This document shows, one piece after another, positions 28,012 to 37,706 of a DNA stretch of 64,000 nucleotides. Where the stretch lies: assembly GCA_965225945.1 (NCBI GenBank), contig CBDDBZ010000032.1, forward strand, positions 1 to 64,000, in the 5' to 3' direction. How positions within the stretch are numbered: position 1 is the stretch's first letter; every line of letters starts with the position of its first letter. Source of the DNA: Alphaproteobacteria bacterium. Its GTDB lineage: Bacteria > Pseudomonadota > Alphaproteobacteria > GCA-2731375. The notes beneath the pieces are model-generated. The model was not told where the DNA came from. It searched no databases and saw only the letters and a list, made by a program, of their open reading frames with translations. The position numbers and the translations under genes are program-made.

Positions 28012-31000
28012 TCAGTTTTCGTTACCGACCGGGTAATCGGGAATTCCGCCGGCACCGCCGTCGTCGGGCGCGCCCAACGCCTCGACCAAACGCCTCAGAA
28101 AGCCGGGCGCCAGCGCCGTCAGCGGGTTCATGCGGATCGACGGCGAGGCGGCCGTGCCCCTCACCCGATAGCTCATGGCGAACAGCCCCTCGCCTTTGCG
28201 CCCGACCAGCAGCTCGCCGAGCACGGGTATCTCGCCGAGCGCGGTGTTGACGATGTAGGCGGGGACCAAGGCACCCTTGAAATCGATCAGATTGCGATCG
28301 CGGTCGACGTAGCCGGAAATCGTCAGACCGAGCGAGGGGCCGCTCGCCTGCCCCTCGGGCAGGACGATGCGGCTGGGCGTCATCTGGAAGGGGGCGACGA
28401 AGCGATGGAAGAGGATCCCCTTGTCCTTCACCAGCTTGCGGATTTCCTCTACCGAATCCGCGGCCAGCGCCTGGCCCAGCACCGAGACCTGGGCCAGTAT
28501 GAAGTCGTCGATGCGAACGTTGCCCTCCAGCATCATTCCGGCGCTCAGCGCCTCGTTGGGCATCCGGCCCTCGACCTTGAGCCGGCCACCGATGACGCTG
28601 GTGACGAAGCCCGAGGCCGCGAGCACGGCGCCGGCATCGTTGCTCGAGAGGCTGAGCTTGCTATGGGTTTCGCCCGCCGGCGTAATCTCGAGCTCGATCG
28701 GCGCCGTGCCGTTGAGCCGCCCCGCGAGGGCGATCTCGACCCAGCGCCCACCCCGGCGCCTTGCCCGGGCCTTGACGTCGTACAACACGTGGTCGTCGCT
28801 CATCACCAGCTTCGCCAGATCCGCGGTCACGGAGAGCGACGTCGGGTCCTCGATGGCGTGGAGATCGTCCAGCATCGGCCGCAGGTCGAAGACGCGGCCC
28901 GCGACCGAGAGCTCGGTCGCTCCCTCGGCGTCGATGGTGATCTCCGCGGTGAGGTCGTTTCCGAAGTAGCTCGCGCGACGCACCGTAATTCGCTTGCCCT
29001 CGGCCGAGGCCGTGCCCGAGCCGACGAAGAGTGTGTCCTCGCTCTCCAGGCGAAACTCCTTGATTTCGCGGCGGCCGCCGTCGGCGAAGGAAAACGAGAA
29101 GTGGGCTTCCGCCGGCCGGCCCTCGGACTTGGACCAATGCAGCGCATCGAGGCGTATCGCGCTTTCCTTTAGATTGAGCGCCGCCCGACCCTCGTAACGA
29201 CCAGAAACATGGCGGGAGAGCTGCAGCTCGGTGGACACCGGGCCGGTGAGATAGTCGTCGAGGTCGATTCCCAGCGCCTGACGCGCCTTGTCATCCAGGA
29301 CCGCGGCCAGCCCCCATCGGCTCGGGAACGCACCCCCGCCGGTGAAATCGCGGCGCCAATTGACCGACACCGGAACCCCGTTGAGCGCGACCTCGCCCTT
29401 GGCATCGATGCCATCCTCGCGGACCACCAAATCGAGCGCTCCCTTGCTCAAGGAGAGGTCGCCGAAGGCGCCGGGCAGCGATAGTCCGTCCACGCGGGTG
29501 CTCACGGTGTAGCCGATATCCTCGATCTCCAGATTCTTCTCGAGCGGCACCTTCAATTCGACCCGCGCGTCGACCCGGCCCTCGGCGCCCATCTCCTCGA
29601 CTCCGAAGCGACGGCCGAGGCCGATCGGTGGCGGCGCGAGCAGCGCCAGCACCGAGCGCGCCTCGCCCTCGGCCCGGAAGGATAACTCCGCCACATGGTC
29701 CTTCCGCCGACCCAATTCTATTTCCATCTCTCCCTCGGACAGCGCGATCTCGCCAATTCGGCCGGATTCGAGCGTGGCCACAAGGCCGCCGGCATCGATC
29801 CGCCCGGTTCCGCGCGCCGCCTCCAGCGGCGGAAGCCCGCGCCAAAGGTCGGTGGTGACCTTGTGGGCCTCGAACTCCAGCACCGCCATGCCGGGACGGG
29901 ACGGCGCCTCGGCGAGTTCGCCCGGCCGGATGTCGAGCCGAACCCGCGCCTTGTCGACCCGGCCGCCGACGATTCGCTCGGACACCCAGGCACGTGCATT
30001 GTCCGCCAGGCCGAGGGGCCAGTAGCGACCGAGTTGCGTCAGGTCGAGATTAGCGATATCCACCCGCCCCTCGATCCCGAGCCCCTTGCTCTCGCGCCGA
30101 AGCGTGCCCTTGAAATGCACGTCGGGACCCTCGGCGAAAGCGACGTCGACGGCTTCGACGACGACGCGTTGGCCGAGATTTTCGAGCTTGCCCCGCACAT
30201 GCAGCTTCTCGATCGCCAAGGCCTCCGGAAATCGCTCCGGCAGTTCCAGAACCCCGTCCGTGCCGTTCACTTCGAAGGCGAGCTCGATCAGCGTGAGATC
30301 GGTGGTCAGCGTCGAGGTGACCCGCCCCGCGAGCGGCACCCGCACCGCCGCGAGCGGCGCCAACGTCGTGGACGCGAGCTCCCGTGTCAGGAAGCCGGGG
30401 GTGATGCCGGTGAAGGCCAGACTGAGCGCGATCGGCCGCACCGGGTCACGATAGAGTGCGTTGAGGTTGAAATCGGCGGGCCGGCCCTCGATCTTGATCC
30501 GCGCCGCGACCTCGATCGAGGTGCCGACGTCGCCCCGCGTGAGGCTGAGCGTGGAACGCGAGGCCCGCCAGCGCCTGCCCGTCACTCTGTCGTCGATGAC
30601 GAGTTCGGCGTCCACCACCCTGATGCTGCTGAGCGAGCGGGCGACCTGGGGCAAGTCGCCCTCGAGCCAGGCGGCAATCAGATCGCCGCCGTCCTCGCTC
30701 TCGGCCTCGTCGCCGCCACCCAGCCCCAACTCGATGCCACCCTCTAAGTTGCGCGCCAGGCGGACGCGGGGGGCCAGCAAGACCACCCGTTCCGGCTCGA
30801 TCCGACCCTGGAGCAGGGCGAAGGGGTCGAGGTCGACGATCATCGCCGGGGCGGTGGCGATGACGCGCCCCTCGGCGCTGCCGATCCGCAGCTCGAGAAC
30901 CCGAACTTCCAATCGCCGCCGCTTCGGATCCCAGGCGAGGAGGGTGTCCTTGAAGGCGATGTGTACGGGCGACTTCTCGTCGTTGAGCGCCGCCTCCACG

Positions 31001-31314
31001 TACGGCTTCGCGGTGGAGAGCGACAGCGGCCCCCGCGCCAGCAGGACGATCGCGGTTGCCGCCGAGACGACGAACAGCGTCATGACCGTGGTCAACAGAT
31101 GGGCCACGAATTTTCCGAGCTTGTCGAGCACGCTTGCCGCCTCGCCGCGCCGTGGTGAGCCCGCCCGTGCCAGGTCTCGTTGCCCGAGGCGGTGGCGACC
31201 ATTATGACTCATACTTGAGCCCAAGGGCCCGCGTCGAGCCTCCGGCGCTTCACGCTCGATATCGCACTCGAGAGTTCGAGCCCGCGGAAGGATCGAGTGG
31301 GCCACCGGAGACAC
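28012..31314 (-). CDS. AsmA-like/YhdP (DUF3971) envelope protein
   Basis: N-terminal TM then LARGPLSL; C-terminal GALVPAY..N..LGEIPVLG..NPLTALAPG; true start probably downstream. Confidence 0.85.
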   Translation of the reverse strand: MSPVAHSILPRARTLECDIEREAPEARRGPLGSSMSHNGRHRLGQRDLARAGSPRRGEAASVLDKLGKFVAHLLTTVMTLFVVSAATAIVLLARGPLSLSTAKPYVEAALNDEKSPVHIAFKDTLLAWDPKRRRLEVRVLELRIGSAEGRVIATAPAMIVDLDPFALLQGRIEPERVVLLAPRVRLARNLEGGIELGLGGGDEAESEDGGDLIAAWLEGDLPQVARSLSSIRVVDAELVIDDRVTGRRWRASRSTLSLTRGDVGTSIEVAARIKIEGRPADFNLNALYRDPVRPIALSLAFTGITPGFLTRELASTTLAPLAAVRVPLAGRVTSTLTTDLTLIELAFEVNGTDGVLELPERFPEALAIEKLHVRGKLENLGQRVVVEAVDVAFAEGPDVHFKGTLRRESKGLGIEGRVDIANLDLTQLGRYWPLGLADNARAWVSERIVGGRVDKARVRLDIRPGELAEAPSRPGMAVLEFEAHKVTTDLWRGLPPLEAARGTGRIDAGGLVATLESGRIGEIALSEGEMEIELGRRKDHVAELSFRAEGEARSVLALLAPPPIGLGRRFGVEEMGAEGRVDARVELKVPLEKNLEIEDIGYTVSTRVDGLSLPGAFGDLSLSKGALDLVVREDGIDAKGEVALNGVPVSVNWRRDFTGGGAFPSRWGLAAVLDDKARQALGIDLDDYLTGPVSTELQLSRHVSGRYEGRAALNLKESAIRLDALHWSKSEGRPAEAHFSFSFADGGRREIKEFRLESEDTLFVGSGTASAEGKRITVRRASYFGNDLTAEITIDAEGATELSVAGRVFDLRPMLDDLHAIEDPTSLSVTADLAKLVMSDDHVLYDVKARARRRGGRWVEIALAGRLNGTAPIELEITPAGETHSKLSLSSNDAGAVLAASGFVTSVIGGRLKVEGRMPNEALSAGMMLEGNVRIDDFILAQVSVLGQALAADSVEEIRKLVKDKGILFHRFVAPFQMTPSRIVLPEGQASGPSLGLTISGYVDRDRNLIDFKGALVPAYIVNTALGEIPVLGELLVGRKGEGLFAMSYRVRGTAASPSIRMNPLTALAPGFLRRLVEALGAPDDGGAGGIPDYPVGNEN

Positions 31315-31326
31315 GGAGAAGAAATC

Positions 31327-32448
31327 ATGGCCCTTCCCCCACCCGCCGAGATCGGCTTGCCGCTAGAGCAGGTGGATACCCCGGCGCTGATCGTCGACCT
31401 CGACGCCTTCGAGCGGAATCTGGCGAAGATGGCGCGCGTCATCGATGCCGCCGGCGTCCGGGTGCGCCCGCATGCCAAAACCCACCGCTCGGCCGTCGTG
31501 GCGATGAAGCAGATGGCGCTCGGCGCCGTCGGCGTCTGCTGCCAGAAGGTGTCGGAAGCCGAAGCGATGGTGCTGGGTGGCGTGTCGAACGTGCTGGTCA
31601 GCAACGAGGTCGCCGGCCGGCGCAAGCTCGAGCGTCTCGCCGCCCTCGCCCGCCATGCCCGGGTCGCGGTCTGCGTCGACGACGCGGAGAACGTCGAGGA
31701 ACTGAACCGCGCCGCCGACGCGTTCGGCGCGAGCCTGGACGTCCTGGTGGAGATCGACGTCGGCGCCAACCGCTGCGGCGTGGCGCCGGGCGAAGCCGCG
31801 CTCGACCTGGCGGTGCGAATTGCCGCCGCCGGCTCGCTCCGCTTCGCCGGTTTGCAGGCCTATCAAGGTCGTGCCCAACACATCCGTGTCTTCGAGGAAC
31901 GTCGCGCCGCTATCGACTCCGCCGTCCAGGCCACGGGCGCCACCGTCGAGCTGTTGGCCGAAGCCGGCCTCGCTTGCGAGACGGTGGCGGGCGCCGGCAC
32001 CGGAACTCATGGCTTCGAGGCGGCGAGTGGGGTCTACAACGAACTGCAACCCGGATCCTATGTTTTCATGGACGCCGACTATGCCCGCAACTTGAAACAG
32101 GACGGCCAGCCGAACGACGAATTCGAGCATGCGCTCTTCGTCCAGGCGACGGTGATGAGCACGCCGACCCGGGAGCGCGCCTGCGTCGACGCGGGCCTGA
32201 AGGCCTTCAGCGTCGATTCCGGCATGCCGACCGTGTGGGGTCACGAGAACCTGGAATTCGTCCGCGCCTCCGACGAGCACGGCGTGCTCGATGTCGCGCC
32301 CGGCGCCAACATCGGCCGGGGCGCCAAGCTGCTGTTCGTGCCGGGCCACTGCGACCCGACGGTCAATCTGCACGACTGGTATGTCGGCGTCCGCGACGGT
32401 CGGGTGGAGGCGATCTGGCCGATCGACGCCCGGGGCGCCGGCTATTGA
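31327..32448 (+). CDS. DSD1/D-threonine aldolase-family PLP enzyme
   Basis: TPALIVDLD, RPHAKTH (PLP Lys), ELQPGSY, SDEHG, PGHCDPTVN. Confidence 0.9.
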   Translation: MALPPPAEIGLPLEQVDTPALIVDLDAFERNLAKMARVIDAAGVRVRPHAKTHRSAVVAMKQMALGAVGVCCQKVSEAEAMVLGGVSNVLVSNEVAGRRKLERLAALARHARVAVCVDDAENVEELNRAADAFGASLDVLVEIDVGANRCGVAPGEAALDLAVRIAAAGSLRFAGLQAYQGRAQHIRVFEERRAAIDSAVQATGATVELLAEAGLACETVAGAGTGTHGFEAASGVYNELQPGSYVFMDADYARNLKQDGQPNDEFEHALFVQATVMSTPTRERACVDAGLKAFSVDSGMPTVWGHENLEFVRASDEHGVLDVAPGANIGRGAKLLFVPGHCDPTVNLHDWYVGVRDGRVEAIWPIDARGAGY

Positions 32449-32527
32449 AGCGGCCCCCCGCTCCAGGTTGACCCGGGCGCCGCGCGAGGCTACGATTTTT
32501 CCGACCGCTCAACAAGGCGAGGCGCGG

Positions 32528-33031
32528 ATGAATTCTAGGGTTAAGGAAGGGGACAAAGCCCCTGATTTCCATATGAAAACGGACGGTAGCGGCGAAATTT
32601 CGCTTGCCGCGCTGGCCGGTCGATTCGTCGTCTTGTACTTCGATCCGAAAGACGACACCTCAGGCGGCACGAAGCAGGCCATCGCCTTCACCGAAAAGCT
32701 CGGGGAATTCGAGGCGCTGCGCGCGACGGTCGTCGGTGTCTCGCCTGACGGCGTCGCCACGCACGACAAATTCAAGGCCAAGCATGATCTCGCCGTCACC
32801 CTCGGGGCCGACGAGGACAAGGCGGTCTGCGAGGCCTATGGCGTCTGGGTCGAGAAGGGCACGTATGGCCAAAAGTACATGGGGGTCGACCGCTCGACCC
32901 TCCTGATCGATGGACAGGATCGCGTGGCCAACGCGTGGCGCAAGGTCAAGGTTCCCGGCCACGTCGATAAGATTCTACAAAGAAGCAAGAATCTTGACCC
33001 AACAATAAAACAACGTATTATACGGAAGTAA
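32528..33031 (+). CDS. bcp: Bcp-type peroxiredoxin homolog lacking the peroxidatic Cys
   Basis: GDKAPDF, VVLYFDPKDDTSGGTKQA (canonical YFYPKDDTxGCT), GVSPD, VKVPGH. Confidence 0.85.
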   Translation: MNSRVKEGDKAPDFHMKTDGSGEISLAALAGRFVVLYFDPKDDTSGGTKQAIAFTEKLGEFEALRATVVGVSPDGVATHDKFKAKHDLAVTLGADEDKAVCEAYGVWVEKGTYGQKYMGVDRSTLLIDGQDRVANAWRKVKVPGHVDKILQRSKNLDPTIKQRIIRK

Positions 33032-33118
33032 TAATAATATACCTTAGAAAAACCGAGCCCCCTGATACGTGGGGTCTAGGCGACCGAGCCAGCGTCGCGC
33101 CGAGTGAGGGGGAGGAGT

Positions 33119-34810
33119 ATGCAAGGGGCCGCAAGCGCGCTCAAGCGACGAATCGAAGCGCTGTTTCCCGAGCGACAGGTGTTTATTCGCGCCAACGGCC
33201 GGGTCCGTTTCTTCACGCTGTCCAGATACCCGCAGATGGCTCTCGCCGCCGTGCCGGTGGCGGTGCTGAGCTTGTTCGCGGTCGGCGCGGTGATCAAGGT
33301 CGTGGACGAATGGACCATGGCGCGGATGAGCGAGGTCCAGCGGGTCCGGCTGGCCGAACTCGACGCGGACTGGCGGACCCGCCATCGGGAGCTATTCGCC
33401 GAACGCGACCGGCTCGCCCACGACCTCGACGAGAGTCGGGAACTGTTGCGTGTCGAACGGATCACGGCCGAGCACAAATTCCAGCGGGCGATCGATGACC
33501 TGGCGGACCGCCAGCGCCGCTTCGAGGCGCTGCTGGCCCAACGGCAGGACCTGGAGAGCGAAACCCGTCGTCTCGGCGTGGCGATCGATCATGCGCGCAC
33601 CCGCCGCGAGGCCGCCGAGCACAAATACACCCGGGTGATCGACGACCTGGCGGTCCGTCAACGTCGCATCAAGGCGCTGCTGGCCCAACGGCAGAACCTG
33701 GAGAGCGAGTCCCATCGTCTCGGCGTGGCGATCGACCAGGCGCGCACCGGCCGCGAGGCCGCCGAGCGCGCGGCCCACGACTTGCGGGAGCGCTACACCC
33801 GGACGCGCGAACAGCTGACACGGGCCGGCGCGAGCCGGATGGAGCCCCGAGGCAGTCTCAGGGCCGGCGGCACGCCCAAGCGCCTGGTCTTCGGCGGTGG
33901 GACCGCCAGCGGTGATAATCGAGAGCCTGGGAATCGTTTCATGGTCGCGCTCGAGACCTATGATACCGATCGGCTGGTCCAAGACATGGCTGCCGATCGG
34001 CTGAGTGCCGAGCACGAGGCGACGACGCTACGCCGGCGCGTTAGCCGCCTGGAGGCGCGGCTGATCAACCTGCGCGACAGCCAGAGCAGCCTCATCGCGC
34101 AGATCGAAGACGGCGCCAGCGGCCGGATCGACGAAATCGAGAGCGTGATCCAGCTTACCGGCCTCGACCTCGAGCGTCTCGTCGATCGCGCCCGGGGCAA
34201 GATCGGCGCGAGAATCGGCGGCCCGCTCGCCGTGCCCGCCGGCCGGCCGGCGGGCCCCTGGGAGAGCGGTACCACGCCTCTCACCCATCCGGACCTTCGG
34301 ATGACGCTCGAGCAAGACATAGATTATTCGATCGCCCGCATGGGTGCCCGCTTGGCCCGCTGGTCGGCGCTGAACTCGGTGATGAGAAGGCTGCCGCTGG
34401 CGGCACCGCTAGAAAAGCACAAACTGACCAGTCGCTTCGGCAGGCGGCGCGATCCGTTCAACCGACGCTGGGCGATGCACAACGGCGTCGACCTCGGCGG
34501 ATCCCGTCGCAGCCCCATCCTGGCCGCGGCACCCGGCATCGTCAGCTACGTCGGCTGGAAGGGCCCCTATGGTCGAATGATCGAAATCGATCATGGATAT
34601 GGCTTGAAAACCCGCTATGGTCATCTTTACCGTACGCGAGTGAAACGCGGTGATCGGGTGGCGGCGCGCCAATCGATCGCCGTGATCGGCAGCAGCGGTC
34701 GGAGCACCGGTCGGCATCTTCACTACGAGGTGCGATTCGACGGCCTACCGCTCGACCCCATCACTTTCCTGAAGGCGGGCAGACATGTTCTCAAAGACGG
34801 ACAAAAATGA
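33119..34810 (+). CDS. M23-family peptidase with N-terminal TM and long coiled coil
   Basis: HNGVD, TRYGHL, GRSTGRHLHYEV. Confidence 0.92.
   Translation: MQGAASALKRRIEALFPERQVFIRANGRVRFFTLSRYPQMALAAVPVAVLSLFAVGAVIKVVDEWTMARMSEVQRVRLAELDADWRTRHRELFAERDRLAHDLDESRELLRVERITAEHKFQRAIDDLADRQRRFEALLAQRQDLESETRRLGVAIDHARTRREAAEHKYTRVIDDLAVRQRRIKALLAQRQNLESESHRLGVAIDQARTGREAAERAAHDLRERYTRTREQLTRAGASRMEPRGSLRAGGTPKRLVFGGGTASGDNREPGNRFMVALETYDTDRLVQDMAADRLSAEHEATTLRRRVSRLEARLINLRDSQSSLIAQIEDGASGRIDEIESVIQLTGLDLERLVDRARGKIGARIGGPLAVPAGRPAGPWESGTTPLTHPDLRMTLEQDIDYSIARMGARLARWSALNSVMRRLPLAAPLEKHKLTSRFGRRRDPFNRRWAMHNGVDLGGSRRSPILAAAPGIVSYVGWKGPYGRMIEIDHGYGLKTRYGHLYRTRVKRGDRVAARQSIAVIGSSGRSTGRHLHYEVRFDGLPLDPITFLKAGRHVLKDGQK
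33467..33760 (+). repeat. 147-bp (49-aa) imperfect in-frame tandem duplication within the M23 gene
   Basis: gccgagcacaaa at 33467 and 33614; AEHK..AIDxARTxREA twice. Confidence 0.9.
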
Positions 34811-35279
34811 GAAGACGGACCGCGTGCAGCGGACCGAGGCCGCGCCCCGGAGTCCCGGCGCCGGCCGGAACGCCGTGCCCTCGCTGGTCAGCGCCAATCT
34901 CCAGGTCGTCGGCAACCTGAACACCGAGGGCGAGCTTCAGATCGACGGCATGGTCGAGGGCGACATCGCCTGCAAGAAGCTCACCGTGGGCGAGACGGCC
35001 ATAATCTCCGGCGAGATCGTGACCGACGACATCGAGGTGCGCGGCAAGGTGCAGGGCCGAATTCGTGCCCGCGCGGTGCTCTTGACCAAATCGGCGAACG
35101 TGACCGGCGACGTCTGGCACGACACGCTCTCGATCGAGTCCGGCGCCTTCCTCGAGGGCCACTGCAAGCGCAACGACGCCGCCTCGACGCCGATGACGGC
35201 CAAGCCGGCGGCGCCGATGGCAACGGGGGCGAAACCCGAGAAAACGGCGGATGCCGACAAACGGAGCGCCGACGGCTGA
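34785..35279 (+). CDS. Bactofilin (polymer-forming cytoskeletal protein)
   Basis: LQVVGNL..GELQIDG.VEGDI..LTVG..G.I..V.G.V.G beta-helix repeats; overlaps the M23 gene. Confidence 0.92.
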   Translation: MFSKTDKNEKTDRVQRTEAAPRSPGAGRNAVPSLVSANLQVVGNLNTEGELQIDGMVEGDIACKKLTVGETAIISGEIVTDDIEVRGKVQGRIRARAVLLTKSANVTGDVWHDTLSIESGAFLEGHCKRNDAASTPMTAKPAAPMATGAKPEKTADADKRSADG

Positions 35280-35376
35280 GGTTGACGCGTCGAGGCGAGA
35301 ACCCGGCCGCACTCGGGAGCGAATTGGGGACCGCGGGGTGCCTCGCGGCACCGGGAAAGCGGCGCCGAAAAGCCGC

Positions 35377-35406
35377 TTGACAAACAGAACAAAAATAGAA
35401 CATATT
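35377..35406 (+). promoter_or_regulatory. Sigma70-like promoter overlapped by an alphaproteobacterial LexA box upstream of parE
   Basis: TTGACA 35377-35382; GAAC-N7-GAAC 35387-35401. Confidence 0.8.
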
Positions 35407-35621
35407 GCTCGAACACGGCTCGGTTCGCGGCCGGCGTTGCGGCGTAGGCGGAAAGCCCCGCCCCGGCAGCCGGACCCCAAAAACCGGGCCTTTTAGGATT
35501 TTGAACTGTGATCTAGCGTATTTGGGTTCCAGACACGCGACATCTTGTGGTCAGATTCCAATTTTTGGCCTATAGTTCGCCGCGCGTCGCCACCTTATGC
35601 AACGTCGAGGCGTGGCCTGGA

Positions 35622-37610
35622 ATGATCGAACCGCCCACCGCCGATCTCTTCGATCGCCCCGAACACAAATCCCAAGAGGGTTATGGCGCCGAGCACATCG
35701 AGGTGCTGGAGGGCTTGGAGCCGGTTCGCCGTCGCCCGGCGTTGTTCATCGGCGGCACCGACGAGCGGGCCTATCACCACCTGGCGGCGGAAATTCTCGA
35801 CAATTCGATGGACGAGGCGGTGGCCGGCCACGCCGGCCGGATCGAGATCGAGCTCGCCGCCGACGGCAACCTCGTCGTCTCCGACAACGGCCGGGGCATC
35901 CCGGTCGACCCGCATCCCAAGATGAAATCGAAATCGGCCTTGGAGGTGATCGCGACGACGCTGCACGCCGGTGGCAAGTTCTCGGGCAAGGTCTACCGAA
36001 CCGCCGGCGGGCTGCACGGCGTCGGCCTCTCGGTGGTCAACGCGCTCTCGGAATTCATGACCATCGAAGTGGCACGGGACCGCCGCCTCTGGGCCCAAAC
36101 CTTCCGCCGGGGCGAGCCCCAGGGCAAGCTCGCGCAAATCGGCGCCGCGCCCAACCGGCGGGGTACCCGGGTCATCTTCCGCCCCGACCCGGAGATCTTC
36201 GGCGACATGGCGAGCTTCCGCCCGGGCCGGCTTTACAAGATGGCGCGGGCCAAGGCCTATCTGTTTCGGGGCGTCGAGATCCGCTGGAAGTGCGCGCCGG
36301 CGCTGATCGGCGAGGGCGACGACACCCCGGAGGCGGCGGTCTTGCATTTTCCGGGCGGCCTGGGCGATTTCTTGGCCGAGACGCTCGCCGGACGCGCCAC
36401 GGTGACGACAAGTCCCTTCGCCGGGCGCGCCAAGGGCGCCAACGGCCACGTCGGCGAGGTGGAATGGGCGATCCATTGGCCGCTCGACGGCGAGGGCTTT
36501 CTCGACGCCTACTGCAACACCATCCCGACGCCCGATGGCGGCACCCACGAGGCGGGCCTGCGCCAGGCGCTTTCCCGCGGCCTGAAGGCGCACGGCGAGC
36601 TGATCGGCAACCGCAAGGCGGCGCGGATCACCGCCGAGGACGTGACCGGGGCGGCGGCCACGCTGATCTCGATCTTCATTCCCGAGCCCCAGTTCGCCGG
36701 CCAGACGAAGGAGAAGCTCGCCAATCCGGAAGCGCAACGCTTGGTCGAGACCCTGCTGCGCGACCATTTCGACCACTGGCTCTCGGGCGACCCGGACGGT
36801 GCCCGCCGGCTCCTCGAATGGGCAATCGAGCGGGCGGAGCTGCGCCTCCTCAGGCGCCGCGAGCGCGAGGTCAATCGCAAGAGCGCCACCCGCAAGGCGC
36901 GCCTCCCCGGCAAGCTCGCCGACTGCACGCGGGACACCAAGGAGGGGACGGAGATCTTCATCGTCGAGGGCGACAGCGCCGGCGGCTCGGCCAAGCAGGC
37001 CCGTAACCGCGAGACCCAGGCCGTCCTGCCCTTGCGCGGCAAGGTCCTGAACGTGGCCAGCGCCGGCAGCGCCAAGCTGGCCCAGAACCAGGAACTCTCC
37101 GATCTCATGCAGGCGCTCGGCTGCGGCACCCGCGCCCGCTACAGGGAAGACGATCTGCGTTACGACAAGGTCGTCATCATGACCGATGCCGACGTCGACG
37201 GCGCCCATATCGCGGCCCTTCTGATGACCTTCTTCCAGCGCGAGATGCCGGAGCTGATCTCGAATGGGCATCTCTACATCGCGCTGCCCCCGCTCTATCG
37301 TCTGAGCCGAGCGGGCGAGACGCACTATGCCCGCGACGACGCCCACCGCGACGAGTTGCTGGAGACGGTGTTCACCGGGCGCGGCAAGGTCGAGATCAGC
37401 CGCTTCAAGGGCTTGGGCGAGATGCCGCCGGCGCAGCTCAAGGCGACCACCATGGGACCTGAGAATCGCACGCTGCTGAAAGTCGTCGTCCCGGCCGGCG
37501 AGGAGTGCTACACGGAAGATATCGTGGAGCGGCTGATGGGCCGCAAGCCGGAACACCGATTCCACTTCATTCAGGAGAACGCCAAGTTCGCCAAGGACCT
37601 GGACGTTTGA
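35622..37610 (+). CDS. parE: DNA topoisomerase IV subunit B
   Basis: EILDNSMDE, TLHAGGKF, GGLHGVG, VEGDSAGGS, PLRGK, MTDADVDG, RFKGLGEM; lacks the GyrB insertion. Confidence 0.95.
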   Translation: MIEPPTADLFDRPEHKSQEGYGAEHIEVLEGLEPVRRRPALFIGGTDERAYHHLAAEILDNSMDEAVAGHAGRIEIELAADGNLVVSDNGRGIPVDPHPKMKSKSALEVIATTLHAGGKFSGKVYRTAGGLHGVGLSVVNALSEFMTIEVARDRRLWAQTFRRGEPQGKLAQIGAAPNRRGTRVIFRPDPEIFGDMASFRPGRLYKMARAKAYLFRGVEIRWKCAPALIGEGDDTPEAAVLHFPGGLGDFLAETLAGRATVTTSPFAGRAKGANGHVGEVEWAIHWPLDGEGFLDAYCNTIPTPDGGTHEAGLRQALSRGLKAHGELIGNRKAARITAEDVTGAAATLISIFIPEPQFAGQTKEKLANPEAQRLVETLLRDHFDHWLSGDPDGARRLLEWAIERAELRLLRRREREVNRKSATRKARLPGKLADCTRDTKEGTEIFIVEGDSAGGSAKQARNRETQAVLPLRGKVLNVASAGSAKLAQNQELSDLMQALGCGTRARYREDDLRYDKVVIMTDADVDGAHIAALLMTFFQREMPELISNGHLYIALPPLYRLSRAGETHYARDDAHRDELLETVFTGRGKVEISRFKGLGEMPPAQLKATTMGPENRTLLKVVVPAGEECYTEDIVERLMGRKPEHRFHFIQENAKFAKDLDV

Positions 37611-37706
37611 GGGGCGCGGCGCCGCTTGATCACCCCCGAGCGCGCGAGTAGGCTCGCCCCGACACCTCGACGCGCCAGACCGCGCGTACGGGCTCGGGAT
37701 TTCGAC

